Source of the DNA: Adineta vaga
Lineage: Eukaryota; Animalia; Rotifera
Direction: 5' to 3'
Length of the DNA stretch: 64,000 nt
Assembly (NCBI GenBank): GCA_021613535.1
Contig: CP075494.1
Location: 6,076,001-6,140,000, forward strand
Below the pieces are notes generated by a model. The model was given only the letters and a program-made list of their open reading frames with translations, had not been told where the DNA came from and searched no databases. The position numbers were made by a program, and so were the translations under genes. Numbering within the stretch: position 1 is the stretch's first letter; the number at the start of each line of letters is the position of its first letter. This document shows positions 37,201 to 51,815 of this stretch, piece after piece.

Positions 37201-39812
37201 ATATCCATTTGTTTTAACCATTCTTCAATATGTTCATTTTCTTTCTCATCCATCATCATCATATTTGTATTTCTATTACTAAATAAATATTTTTTCTGCA
37301 TATCATCTTCCGTTGTTGCTATAACTGCTAAACCAAAGAGAACATCCAAAATATTCATTGCTAATTCACAAACTTTAATATGATGTTCTTTACAAATAAC
37401 TGCATGTATCGCAGCTAGAACGACACTAAAATTCAATGTACCACTTTGATTAATATATCCACTTGAACTTTGTGCTTCTTTAATATCTGTTAAAAATTTA
37501 TAATCTATTTCTGAATCACTAGCACTATAAATTTTCATTCTATTTAAATTTGTTTGCGGTACTGTACTAGTTGTTGTTAGTCTTCGAGTTGAACTTGTTT
37601 CGGTCGATCGACGAATAATGGTATCTTTTGCATTGATGGTTGATGTTCGAAATAATAATAATGTTGGTTCAGTAAGACGAAGACGATTTGAACTTGATGG
37701 TGAAACAGGTATACCAAAATGTTCATAATAATTTGTACTAGATAAATCTAAATGTTCAATTCCATCTTCATCAATATAACGAATTTTACTAGAACAAAGA
37801 AAACATTATTTTGGGAAAGTGAGAGAGAGAAAGCTTCTTTCTTTACCTTCGTATCAGTAGTTGTCGTTCTCTTCGAAGATGAATAAAAGTAAGAACAATA
37901 GAATTGAAAAAAATTCTAACTTACCTATTTTTCTTGTGTAGAGTATTATATTTCTGACGAAATAAACTTTTTCCTGACGAATATTCAAATGGTACATTTA
38001 ATAATATATGTTCTGGTTTAGTTGATTTCGGTGTAATTGTCATTGTTGATTGATGTTCAATAATATCATTGGTAACCTGTTCATTAACATAATTTTTTTT
38101 CAAATATTTATCAAAATTTTGCTCGTTAATTATATTAATCTGTGGTATTGAAAGACTTTTAAAACGAAGAATATTGATTGGTAACATTCCAATTGTTAAT
38201 GCATCAGATAAAATCTTATCTGATATCTCAACTAATCGTTTATATAAATATTCTAAACACCAAAGATAACCATCAGTTAACCATAATGGACTAAATAATG
38301 TTCGTATAATTCCAACATCGAAATAAGTTGCAAGGAGAAGATATTCGGATGCCAATGTTTTCGGTTGTAGAGTATCAGGCGATTTTGATGATGATAGATC
38401 AGACATAATATTAGATTTATCAACAGCTAGAAAATGAATAAAGAAAGTGTTATGAATATTCAAATGAAATAAAGAAAGCGATCTAACTTGGACTTTGTGT
38501 TGATGTTCCCATTCGACTTAGATCAGATACGGAATAAATGGAATTCATATGTACAAGTGGTGCTCGTTTCTGAACATTATTATCTATGACGCCATAACTT
38601 GAAAGATCAGCAATAGAATTAAAAGTAATTGATGACGTTGTCATGATCGAATCAGCACGTATGTATGTTTTTGATTGTCGTTCATTTTCAATTTTTGGTT
38701 TCAACTGTAATATACTCAAACTATTTCTTTCTCGTTCATACACAGGAGTATTTGTTACTGTAGGATTAGTAATATTAGATAATGATTTTTGTATAGTTGT
38801 TTCACTGACTGTGGATAAACGTGGACATGGAATAGGATGATCAAATGATTCATACTGATTTGTTGATGATGTAATGGGTTTAATAAAACTATTAAATATA
38901 GGAATATTTGGTTGTTGATGTTCAAATAATGGTTGCCAAATTAAAGTCATTCCTTGAATAAGATTTGTATTAGATAGAAAATCTTTTTCATTATTACGTA
39001 AATATGTGTTGATATGTGGAATAAATAAATAGATGAATAATTGAATAATATTTAGAGGTAATAATTGATTATTGGAAGATAGAATCAAATGATGTAACGT
39101 ATGAAAAAGACGAATATCGACCGAATTTAATGAATAATTTGATAATGATATTGAAGAACGAGGTAATAATAATGGATTATCATGATTTGATGGAACATGA
39201 AGTTGGGCTGAACCTCGTGAACGTGAAGGTGATGAAGTAATCAATAAAGATGGACGATTAGTTGAAATCGATCCATGTTGACCAGATTGAAGATTATGTT
39301 CTATTGTCGATAAACATGCATACATAACATGTGGAAATGCCTAGAAAATAAATCTAAACGAATACAATTTAGTTTTCTTTGGTATACATACTGCTTTGAT
39401 TAGTAACCATCTTGGTATACTTGCAATAGCATCCGTGAAACTAGGTGATAATCCATGAAGGATATTTTGAACGAGTACTCGATCAAAAATCTAAAAAAAA
39501 GCTTTAATTTGAAGAGAAAATTTTAAATGAAAAAAAAAGAATTTACAATTGATGACGCATCGGTTAACTTTCCAAATTTTTGTTTAAGAAATGGACTAGA
39601 AATAACTCGAATAGTTAGTTCTTTTCGAAAAAATAAAACATGAATAGAAAATCAAACCTGCTTTGTCGCCATAGAAATAATTGAATCGGTATTGGTATAA
39701 TATCTTCATGTTCAGTTATAAGACAAGATTTACGAATTTTATTATCATGAGATATTAAATTATTGTCAACAGATGTTTCTAGAACTGTTGTTTGTGAACG
39801 TACTTTTGGCAT
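28202..39812 (-). CDS. UNC80: Protein unc-80 homologue (NALCN channelosome scaffold), many exons
   Basis: N-terminal IPIPIQLFLWRQ..PFLK, FDRVLVQNILHGLSPS, ATYFDVG, FSPLWLTDGYLWCLEYL, CPPGTLPDPQFL, VDPPWMPH, GPDSSQIPTQ, FHRIPFILQMF-like motif; ~11.6 kb. Confidence 0.93.
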
Positions 39813-41044
39813 TGAAAGTAAATAATCAATCGAATTCTTAAGTAAAAATCAATCCAACAGTTTCATGTTTTCATAGAAGTGAGTTATAAACAATTTTCAT
39901 AGATACGATTAGAAAAACGATGTTAAATTAAGCATGCATAAATGCGTTTTATTATGGCCCTTGGCATTCTATCTTTCGATACAGTAGTTCAATTAGTCGC
40001 ATTTTTTTCTAATTACTTACGAAATAAAGAATGATGATCAATGAAAGTGATGGATTGATTTCATGTCAGTCAAGATTATTGATAAAATAAGACTCGAAGA
40101 AAAGAAATTCGTTCCTAATTCTATCTATATAATAGTTAAGAGAAATATGAATTTTTTATATATCTGTTTGTATCTCGTCTGAAGCCTCTTAATTAGTTCT
40201 TCTCTCGTCGACACATTTTCTTTCCTGTTTCGGAGCTCGATTTCTTTCTCGAAACACTTTTTCATATTGTTATTGAAAGAATCATGTCTCGAATAGAAAT
40301 AAATAAAACATATCAATAATTAAATAGTGATGATACGATCGATCATTTCATAAGCAAATATTACCATTGAATGAAAGAAAGAAAGAAAGAAACAAACGAG
40401 AATTTCTCCTTCTACATGATCGTATTCATTCAAATCACTCCAATGAATAAACTTACCTTCAATGTCTTAGAGAAGATAGCAAATAAATGTTTATGAAGAA
40501 AGAAATTGAATCAATCGTTGATAAGTAATTGGATTATTTTGAGCAAGAGAGAGAAGAAAAAAAAAGCTTTTACTAAATCTCCGATGAATAATGAACAGGA
40601 AAATTTCGATTCTATCATATATAATTTATGTTTCAAAGGAGAACAGATGCCACTTGTCATATGTCATTAAGAATTATTTCAATTAGAAATTATCGAATAT
40701 ATGATAAGAGCAAATTTCTTTCGACATATTTATTTCTGATGAACTAACATCTCATCTAAGTTATAATATTTGTATAAAAAAGAAAAGCAAAGACAATTGT
40801 GAGTAAAAAATGGAATGTGAATACAAAATCAGATCAATATCATTACACGCATGAATATTAGAAAATCTCGAACTATTCGATCATCATTGATTTTCAAATT
40901 TTATACACTGTTCTCATAGAAAACTGAACGGTAAGTACTGTTCAATCAAACTGAACAAATCTTTTTCATTTTTTTTCCTTGAGATTTTCTAATATATCGC
41001 ACAAAATATTGTATATACAAAGATAGAGAACATCTTGGTTAATG

Positions 41045-42400
41045 TTAAGCATTTGGATCGATTGCTGTACGTGGTTGATAAAGTACACTACCACTATTAT
41101 TATCCGAATCATCTTCACTAGCGAGTCCATTTGATGGTGAACTTTTCATGCCTGTATATTGATATCGTGGCATGGATGATTTCGATGGATTTTTATTGCT
41201 TGAATTATTGTTATTATTCATCGAACGAACTGATGCCATGGAATGTGTACGTATAATACGTTTTCGATCATCAGCTTCATCACGTAATTGAATAAATTCT
41301 CTTCGATTACGTTGAAATACAAATAACATATAAGTACCCATGACAACACCAAATAAACTCATGAAAATATTCTCCCAAAAACCACGTCGATACCAATATT
41401 TCATCAATGGTCCACAACCACGAGTATTTACAATATTCGGATCGGGATTGATTAACATATTTTTACCACAACCATAATTGATTTTATACTAATCAATGAA
41501 GATAAGTTTCATAGAAATAGTTTAATAGTTAACTTACTTTATGACAACATGTATCAGGTAAATCAGTTTTATATGAAGCAGCATAATCAAGATAAGAATT
41601 CCATCCACAACAATGAAAATCTCGTTGTCGTCTATGAATATATATATATATGAAAAATAGCAATCGAATAAATCATTAGATTCTTACTGATTAACAAAAG
41701 CCGTTAAAATAAAGACTCGTGGTGGAACACGACCCGATGTGACCAAATTGAATGATTCTTCTCGATATTTTAATTCTTTAAAAGCATTACCTTTAAAACG
41801 AAGTCTTTCAAGTAAAAAGGTTTCTTTTGTTAAAAAGCCCGCATTCATATTAATCATTGTTACTGCAAACCAACATAAACCACCAAGAATCGTTATAATT
41901 CCTAAGCAAAATAATGCATACGGAGTATATTCCATTAAGAATATATTCCGATGACGATAACTATGAATTTGACATATAATAACTAAATAAAAAATAAGAC
42001 ATCAATTGAATGTTTGATCTTTAAAAGAATACTTACTGCCAAGTAAAACAAAACCGTAGATATAAATCAATGAAAGATAAGCACGAGTGATTGTTAAACG
42101 ATCCCAGTAGTAAATAAAAAAGTTGAATTCAACCTAGGAAAGATTCAAATAGAATTTGATGGAAATTTTTGAAGATTTTATTATACCCAAGCCATAGTAT
42201 AATCAGTCCAAATAGTCCATTCTTCAAAGAAACCCCAATAAATTGACATTGAAACAATGATAAAAATTGCAAAGGCCATTAGAAAACCATTTATACCCAT
42301 AAGAAAACGAAATTTACTCTAAAGATCAAATGAAATAGTTCATTAACGAAATTTCAATTTCAATTCATACTCGTTGACGTTGTCCATATGTAGTAACCAT
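41045..42400 (-). CDS. Divergent tetraspanin
   Basis: N-terminal TM segments; EC2 motifs FHCCGW, LPDTCC, GCG..TRGC; C-terminal TM and long cytoplasmic tail. Confidence 0.8.
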
Positions 42401-42781
42401 ATTGATACGTTTCTATTTTTCGACAAGAGAGTAATGGTAGTCTGTCGAAATTGACAGTTAACTGAAGAATGGTGGTAAGGTAAAGATGAAGAGAAAAAAA
42501 CCTTGACTGATAGAGAAATGTTACGTGATGACTAATGCAATGTATACCTTTACTAATTATATATAGAATAAATTTATTTTTAAAATTTTATTATTTAAAA
42601 AACAAATGAATTTATTGTTATTTTTAAAATATATTTTCAAAATGTTACATAATGATTTGTCAATGAGTGACATCTATCATCATTTAAATTGAATACATCG
42701 TTTCAATCATGATTATAGAGAATTAGTCAATTGTATTTCTGTATAAATAAATTTTCAGCTAGAAAAAAACAAAACATTGAT

Positions 42782-44764
42782 TTATCTGAACGAAATTAAA
42801 TATTCGCCGTAAGCCTGAGCATCATGATACGTAACGAAAACTGTTCCGCCACCAGTCGTATCATAACCTGATGGACACACACGAGTCGATTGATTTCCTT
42901 GTGTAGTTCGTCCAACTAACACACGTGCTACAAAAATAAAAATCTTAATCTTCTTTTAAAATCATCTATGACTAAAATCGTACCCATAAACATATGTCTG
43001 ATATTGTCTACATCTGCCTGTGTATAACTAAGACTTATAGCAGCATCCGTTGCAAAATAGATACCTTGACCCGCAGCTAAATAAGTTATATTAAATTAGA
43101 AAAGATCACGGCTATCAATATCCACTAACCATAACGAACTGCATGACTACGATTAAAACAATCATTGATGATAGCATCGACCGATTGAGATTTACATCCT
43201 ATAATTACAATCCTTTCATTCACTCATTCAAAGATCATATAAAAGTTATCTACCGTGAAATAACCATTGTTCTGTGCTTACACCATATCTTTCAATGAAA
43301 TCATCTTTATGAGCATCGTATTGTCGATACCAACCTAAACATATATATATATACACATTTATAAACGAAATTAAATAGAAAATAAATGAAGTTTTACGTC
43401 GGTTTTGAATTCGTTCAATTTCAACAATAACATTCGACGGCAACGATTTATGAAAGTTATCAGCAACATATTTATATTCTTCTGAAGATGGTTCAAGAGT
43501 ATAACGAGATAGATTATATGGAGAAGATTTATTCCACGTATGTGGAAACGAATGAGATCCACTAAATACATCGCCTTGAAAAGTACTCTATCCATTTGGA
43601 AAGGAATAAATAAATAAATAAATAAGCATACGTCAAAATTTCATTTTTACCGCTGATGTCAATTGTTTTTTTCGACATTCCGTCTTAAAATAAACAAAGG
43701 AAAATGCGATTCAATTTGAAAATAGCGGTTTCAATGATAGCAAACCTGATGTTCTTCTAAATATTGTGCAGCAAAAATTCCATCACAATATTCACATGGA
43801 ATTAAGTCATATTCAACAGCGCTAAATAGAAAGCATAGATAAAACTATTATCAGAAATATCCTATCATTATACTTCGTTGTACGGCCTGTTTTTCGTCTT
43901 TCATTTTCAGCACATTCATTCTAATAAGAAACAAATCGAAATAGTGATGCGATTCTCATAATTACGTACTGTATGTGTTGTCCATTCTTCTATACTGATT
44001 GGTACATTACAATATTCGCATGGAATAAGAGCATGTTCAGCATCTCTACAAGTATATTCCTGTTTTTCTATATAAAAAATGTCAATACAATATTGTCATA
44101 CCTAGTTAGAGTTTTTACACGTTGTCTCTCATTTTCAGCACAATTTTCCTAAATTAACATATTTATATATCGAAACTGAGAAGTTATAGATTGACATATT
44201 TACCATATGAAATGACAAATCACGAAAAATAAATTCCTTAGAACAATATTCACATGGAATAAGTGCATTATCAGCACGTCTAAAAATTCTTTTTCCTACC
44301 GAAGATTAATATAATAAATTCTACTCTACCTAGTTATATGTTGAATTCGTTCTTGTTCAGCTTCGCTACATTGTTTCTGTAATCGAACACAAAAAGAATG
44401 AATTCATTATTCAAGAAGAAGATAATGATGATTTATTTACGAAATGAGTGTCCCAATCATCAAGATTAATTTGAGCACAACAAAGTTCGCATGGAATATG
44501 AACGATACCAGGATCATCCATAAAATCTCTAGAAAACAGATAATAATATTACTTTTGTATATATGATTTCACTTTTTTACCTTTCGACAGTTGCATTTTG
44601 ACATTTATCGTTATGAAAATGCTGTGTCTAAAACATATTTCAAAAAGTCACTATGAATCTATCCGACATTGTGTTCTACTTACTATTCGTATTGAACGAT
44701 TGAGATGTTCCACTACTTCCTGGTTCGGTTCATTTTGATTCGTTTCTTCTAAAGCTTGAGCCAT
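42782..44764 (-). CDS. Mono-ADP-ribosyltransferase (PARP catalytic domain) with four N-terminal CCHC zinc fingers; ~15 small exons
   Basis: IERIQN..W, EQWLFHG, FNRS, GQGIYFA, MFMARVLVG, FVTYHDAQAYGEYLI; four IPCE(L/Y)C-x11-H-x3-C repeats. Largely missed by the ORF track. Confidence 0.88.
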
Positions 44765-46020
44765 TCTCGGTTCAATCACAACAAATGAAATCTACAACGA
44801 AAATTGTAACACATTTTTCATTTTTCATACATACTATATATAACAATTGGAAGAATCAGTTTGGTAAATGTATCTATAGTCAGGTCATGACCGCTGCGTC
44901 ATTACAGCATATTTGCCTTGACCTTTCTTTCCAAGATATATATGCACACGCATTTCTACGTTTTTGCAACTATTGTTCATTTATGTTAGATCGATCGAAC
45001 TGTGCACTGATGAACTCATTTCATTGATACGTCGACCAACAATAGCGTAACACTATTTCTTATTATAGACGTTAATTGAATGAGTTCAATTTATATGTAT
45101 ATAAAAGTATGCGTATGAATTTTGTGATAGCAATGATACAATAGTTTAATTTAAGAAAAACAAAATATTTTCTACTATGATTCTCTGATTGAAATGGGTA
45201 ATAAAATCTATCTATACAATCCACACGTTTGAAAAAGCAACAATCTTGCCTCATTCTTCGCTGTAATTACGTTTTATAGTATTTCAGTACAAATAGAAAA
45301 AAAGGAACTTTACTTCTGTTATTTGAAAAGATATCGTCAAGATTAACTGACGAACCTACACGATAAAAACGGAAGAAAATGAAATGAAAACCGTCGATGG
45401 ATTGTTTCTCATGTCATCAAAAACACCAACAAAAAAAAGAATGAAAAAAATCTTGCCTTTCTGTTGTGTAAAAAGTGACTCACGATAAAAGAAAGACTGC
45501 AAATATAAGTAAATACATATAAACGAGAGGTAGATGACGTTATAATTATCCATACTTCTGAACAATAAAATACCAACTTCAATCAATGAATATAGTATGC
45601 TATTTATTATTCATTGATTGCATAATTTTCTGTAGGGATAATTTCAGTGTATCCCATTAAACCTTTTCTTGATCTACCGCTTATCTTATATTGTTAATAT
45701 ACAACAGGAGAAAACGGTTGTAAATGTGCGTTAAGATGAAGAGCGATGTTTTTTTCTTACGAATCTTTTATCCCTCAGACTGTCTATATTTATACAACCT
45801 GTTTTCGTTGCAATAGTAACGAGCACATTTATATTCTTTTGGATTTTTATTTGTCTTTCTCCTATCGTGAAAACAAAATTTGGTAGGTGGTACACCTTTA
45901 ATCCTTCATGGATGGGTAATATTCTATAAAAATATGATTTTTGGATAAAGGAATGATTTGATCAGTCGAAGATTTTACTTTCATAGCATCCAAACACGTT
46001 GTTTTCGTTGAAGATTCAAT

Positions 46021-46896
46021 ATGTCACTTATTAAGCGTATTGGAGTAATCTATGGTACGTTTGTAGCTGCTAACTATTTGTCCAACCACGTGCTTTTTCC
46101 AAATAAGAAATTGGATTATGGTTTTTTTAATCGAATCATTGGTCGAGAAGTGAATACTGAATGGTATGACTTTCAGTTACAATTTTGAGTCATTAGTGTC
46201 TTGTCCCTTCCTATTTTATGTTATCATTGCTGTATAGGTGGGGAACACGTACAGCACATATCATAACTATTGGACTACCTCTTGCGATTGCCGATCATCT
46301 GTCAATTGATATGTGGAATAAAGTATTATTACCACGAATGAAATATCCTGTCGGTACCAAGCTTTCCATCATTCATACTCCAGGGCCATATCTTTTTCAT
46401 ATTGTAGCGTATGTCTTATCCATATATGTCTTATTTACAGGCTAATATAACTCTTTGTTTGTGATCAGTTTTGCGTTCACTGGTATTATGACGTACGTAG
46501 CATGGGATGCCTATGCTAATCCATATCATAAAGATCGCATGAAAGCAGTAACATCAAAGGTATCGATTGACAATGAATTGCTTTCTTCGATCTATTTTGA
46601 GAGCATGCTGATATCCGTATGATTTGTAGATTTATCCTGAGTTACAAGGTTGTCAATCGATGTATATGCTTCCTCTGACATCAAGAATTGTAGAATATAT
46701 GTCCGGTAAACCTTGTCCGCATGGTACACTATTGGGACTTATTCCTCCAACTGCAGTAAGATTTTCCTTTTCTTTTCATCTACTGTTCATTGATTTTTAT
46801 TAATTGAAGGCGTTTATCACAGTCAAAGGTTTTGGCATGAAATGGCCATGGAATGAAAATCTCACACCTTTCGAAAGAAAACTAAATAATGAATAA
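46021..46896 (+). CDS. Uncharacterised probable membrane protein (~200 aa, 5 exons)
   Basis: Clean GT-AG splicing into a continuous frame MSLIKRIGVIYGTFVAANY...GMKWPWNENLTPFERKLNNE; hydrophobic segments. Confidence 0.75.
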
Positions 46897-47074
46897 TGCC
46901 TTTGGACAACTTTATCATAACTCCACTATCAAACTATATATTTTTTCGCATTTTAAAGTTATATTATATATTGAACGAAACAAAATAAAAAAAGCTTTTG
47001 AATTAATCAATCGTATTTATTCAGAACAACCTAACGTCAGAAATAATCTGATTAGACAGGATTATTAATATCAC

Positions 47075-47157
47075 GCCAGGGTGGCCGAGTGGTTAAGGCG
47101 TTGGACTTAAGATCCAATTCACAATAGTGAGCATGGGTTCGATCCCCATCCCTGGCA
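47075..47157 (+). tRNA. tRNA-Leu (anticodon TAA)
   Basis: Acceptor stem GCCAGGG/CCCTGGC, A-box TGGCCGAGTGG, anticodon arm TTGGA-CTTAAGA-TCCAA, long variable arm TCAC..GTGA, GGTTCGATCCC T-arm; downstream T-run Pol III terminator. Confidence 0.96.
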
Positions 47158-47514
47158 AATCTTTTTTTGTCCCAATCTTGCACAACATCTATGCAATAAT
47201 TTGTTTTTCTGAGTACTGCAAATTTGAGACGTTCTCGACCGAAGACGTTAGATCAATTACTTAATTCACGATCGTGTAGCTGATTTCATTTCTCATCTGT
47301 CAATTTCAACTTCATTTTTGAATTAAACATACGAAAATATAACAAGAAAGTTCTAGTTTATTTTCTTAAGCGTTTTGTTCTAGTAAAAAATCAGCTTTTA
47401 GTATTTATAAAATGAACTTTTTTCTACGAATATCACAAAATAACGATAACAACAGAAGATTGTAAAATATAAAAAAGCTTTTCTCTCTTTCTGTTGTCGT
47501 ATGGTTGTTACTTC

Positions 47515-49161
47515 CTATGAATCATATTTTTTCCATTCCATTCCCTAAAATCAATAGAATATAGTTCATTTCGAAGAGAAGACAACCTAGTTTTCACTTA
47601 CATCAGGTGGTTCACAAGTGACTTTGCCTTTTGATACTTCTTCCCAATTCATATTCAAACAGGTACCACCTGATTCAGACTACGATAAAATACAATACGT
47701 CATCTTTAAATATATTCAAAGCAAAATTCTATACCATCGATTTATTCATTGCTCGACGGGTATTTTCATCACTGTCTCGATAGAGTTGTTGAAAGATACT
47801 AAATACAAACGTATGAAAACTATAATAGCCATATGATTAAAATGCAACATACGAATTCGCATCACCCGCCTCATCTTTATTATCTTTTTCATCCTTCTTA
47901 ATATCTGCTTCAATTTTATCCCAATTTTTTGCTCGTTGACTTGATGATGGATAACTCGGTGCTTTATGTGCTACCACTGCACTCATAGGAACTAAAGGAA
48001 ACAAACTTAAATTGAATTAAATCAATCCAAACGATGATATCTTACTTGGTGGTTGTATTTTAGCTGCAGATGATTGAGCATCTAGTGTTGACCATTGTAG
48101 AGATTGTTGTTTGAATAATTTAATTTCAATCTAAATCAATTTACTCGAATAAACCTTATATAAAGATAAATTTTCTTACATTCGATCCAGTTACATGGAA
48201 ACTTGTACGCGATGAATCAATAGGATAAGCGAGATCAATTTCAAGTGAATAATCATTACCAGTTGCTGGAACTTTCGTACTAACACTTAACTATAATGAA
48301 GAACAATCGAAAATGTGAACTTTAGTAAATATTCATAATGACACCTACAGTATTATCTGTTGTTTGAACTTGAACTTGATCTTTCTTTAAACCTTTAATT
48401 GGAATTTGAATGTTAACAGCACTATCTGATTGGTAGAATGAATGTCTAGGAATGCAAAAATAAATTTCTTATTACAAACATTCGAAAAAAAGTCAAATAA
48501 AAACAAACTTGATTTTTGCAGGTGGAATTGGTGCTGCTGCAACTGGTTTCACTTTTTCCGTAGTTGCTGTTGATTTTTTTTCTATATTAAAATTAAATTA
48601 GTATATTTTATCATCCAAATTTCAAAGTTACCTTCGACTTCTTTTTCACATTTTTCTTTCCATACTTTCAATTGATCATTAGTAGCTAAATAAATTTACC
48701 AGATTCAATGATTAGATCATGTAGAATTTACTTAACAATACCATCAATTTCCAATCCTTGAGCAAATGTTTTCAATGCTTCATCTTTCGAATCTTGATTG
48801 TATAATGCTGTTCCTTTTCGAAGATAGGCTTTGATATTTGCTCCATCTAATTGAATTGCGTTATTACTGTCATTCAATGCATCTAAGAGATATACATAAA
48901 TAGATTGCTAAACAGATATACTATTCCTACCAGTGTATCTTTTCATTTTCAATGCACATTGTGCACGTGCAGCTAAGACCTTTGAAGTGAATGGATTATC
49001 GTTTTTTTCATCATTTTCTAATGCTTTAGTATAAAGCTAAAAATGAAGAATGAAAATGAATTATATTTCATCAGAAAACTTCCATGACGAACTTCATGAG
49101 CTTGTTCATATTTATCATCAACAAATGCTTCATTTGCTTCTTCGAAAATTTGTTTCGACAT
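47515..49161 (-). CDS. SUGT1: SGT1 co-chaperone (TPR-CS-SGS)
   Basis: N-terminal TPR (ANEAFVDD, KAYLRKG); CS domain HSFYQSDS; SGS domain YPSSS..NWDKIE..FQQLYRDSDENTRRAMNKS.SESGGT..NW..PPDGMEWKK. Confidence 0.93.
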
Positions 49162-49961
49162 ATTCGTAGAATAAATCTGGAAAAGTGAAAATGTAAAAAA
49201 GAAAGGAAGGTTACAAGATACTATGAAAGAACAATAAGCAAACAAGCAGAATAAAATTAAATTCTATTCGTCAAATTGGTTTTTTCCCCTTTCCCCAAGG
49301 TAAGTCAGATGACGCAAGGTGTTGGTTTGATTATTCATAGAATCGATATACTATATGATGGTTTTTTAAATAAATGAAGAATCGAAATATTTCCAGTTGT
49401 ATTGTGTAAAGTAAATTCCTTTTTTCTTTTTCAGCTATGAGTAAACTAATAAAATATCAAATAAATAATATCATTGTACTGTAATTTAGAAAGGAACGAT
49501 CTTGATTTTATTCAAATCTTACAAAAATTTCAGAGACTCTTATTGTAATTAGTTCACTTTAGTACGTTGAGAAAATATCAAACGAAGTATATACTTTCGA
49601 CGATTATCTCTCTCATCGACAGATGTAGGTAGTCATCAACGATATGCATTGCTTTGATTTTTTTTATCTTTTTCTTGTGAGTGAGTGTAATGTAGCGCAT
49701 TCAGGTGTTTTATTCGTCGATCTTCGATATTGATCACACAGATACTCATATTAAAAACGCAATATTTCTTTCTTTTTTACCATCGGGACACACCTATCTT
49801 TTTATTCATATATACAGAAATGTATCAAGACATATCTAGTAGTATTGGTATAATATGTAAGACTTTGTTTTTGATAAAACGACTAAGTAGGTAGAGGTGT
49901 TAATGATGATATTAGCATCATTATGATTCAACACAGACAGAGAAAGTTAATTTTATTATAG

Positions 49962-51815
49962 ATGACATTACGAACATTAATTTATGGTGCTAGACAGATT
50001 GTCACTGTCACACGTGGTAAAAATGAAAAATTTTTACATGGAAAAGATATGCATGATATTGGAATTGTAAAATCAGATACAATTGGTTTAAGTGTAATGA
50101 TTGAAAAGTGAGAAAAGATAAATCGAGTAAAGAAGTAGATGATGAGTTACCTAACTTTAATCGTAACAAAAGAAAATGTATGAATAGGATAGCTAATATT
50201 GAGCGATATTTTTTTTATTAAATAGTGAAGATATTATTGCAATTGGAACTGATGATGATATTGCACGGGAGTTTGAAGGAGTAGAAGTTGATCAAAAGAT
50301 CGATGCATCGGGATGTTGCATTTTACCAGGTATACGATGTTGCTTCATAGATACAATAACTGAGATGTTAAGGATACGTTTATTTATTAAGGTTTTGTTG
50401 ATTCACATACTCATCCAATTTGGGCAGGTGATCGAGTGCATGAATATGCCAAGAAAGTATGTCATAAGAGATCATCCATGTTCTTTTCAGTTAACCATTT
50501 TTTCTGTGGATTGAAAGTTAGCAGGTGCGACCTATATGGAAATCATGCGTGAAGGTGGTGGAATTGGTTTTACTGTTGAGAAAACACGATTAGCTTCTGA
50601 TAAAGAACTTCTAATGTCTTTAGTTGCTCGTTTAAAGCGTATGCTATATGCTGGTAAGTGTCCATTCATTTCAATTATTTGATTTTTAAGTTTATTTTTA
50701 TTAGGTACGACTCATGTTGAATGTAAGACAGGTTATGGACTTGAATGGCCCGATGAATTACGTCTTTTAAAACTACTTGAACAAGCTCGTTCACATGTAC
50801 CTATTGGTATTTCTATAACTTATTGTGCTGCACATGCAGTTCCAAAGTAAGACGAAATATTTTGTTCCTTGTGATTTCAATCTGTATACATACATTTTAG
50901 AAATAAAACTGCAGAAGAAATGACAGAAGATATTGTCAATAATCAAATAAAAGCATTGAAGAAATTAATCGATGATAAAGAACTCAATGTGAGTGATATC
51001 GATGTTTTCTGTGAAAAAGGTAAACAGAAAAAAAACGAATAATTCTCAATAATCAGTAGTGAATTCGTTTTTTGAGGCGTCTACGATATTGAACAAAGTC
51101 GACGAATACTTCTTGCTGGTAAAGAAATTGGTTTATCAATGAATTTTCATGGTGATGAACTTAATTATACTGGTTCAGCTGAAGTAAGCTGTTAAGTTTG
51201 CTCTTTCAAATTTATCTGATTTTATATCATAGATGGGTGCGGAAATCGGTGCACGTGCTATCAGTCATTTAGAATGTATCTCTGATGAAGGTATTCGTGC
51301 AATGGCTGAAGCTAAAACAGTAGCGGTGATTTTACCACATACTGGTTATATATTACGAATTGAATTACCACCTGTACGACGAATGATTGATGCTGGAGTA
51401 CCAATTGCTTTAGGTACAGATGCAAATCCAAATGCATTTTCATCAGCAATGGTATGTTATTGATCTGGATTGAATAAAATATGATTCTGATTTATCATCA
51501 CTATTCTAGCCAATATCAATGAATTTAGCGTGTGTTCTTTGTCATATGACTTTGGAAGAGGCATTAACAGCAGCAACAATCAATAGTGCTGCAGCCTTGG
51601 GTATTTCAGAAAAATATGGATCAATTGAAATCGGTAAAAAAGCTGATCTTATCATATGTCGATGTCCATCGTAAGATATTCTTTTAATAATTTCTTTTAC
51701 TATTCATTTCATTCTATCTAGATGGGAACATATAATATATCAATTCGGTGATCATACTCATCTGATTCGACATGTTCTGAAACATGGTACAATTGTCTAT
51801 ACAAAGAATGCCTAA
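49962..51815 (+). CDS. AMDHD1: Imidazolonepropionase (HutI)
   Basis: PGFVDSHTHP.WAGDRVHE, GGGIGFTV, ECKTGYGL, AHAVP, DVFCEKG, NFHGDEL, ISHLE, GTDANPNA, GSIEIGKKADL. Confidence 0.95.
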
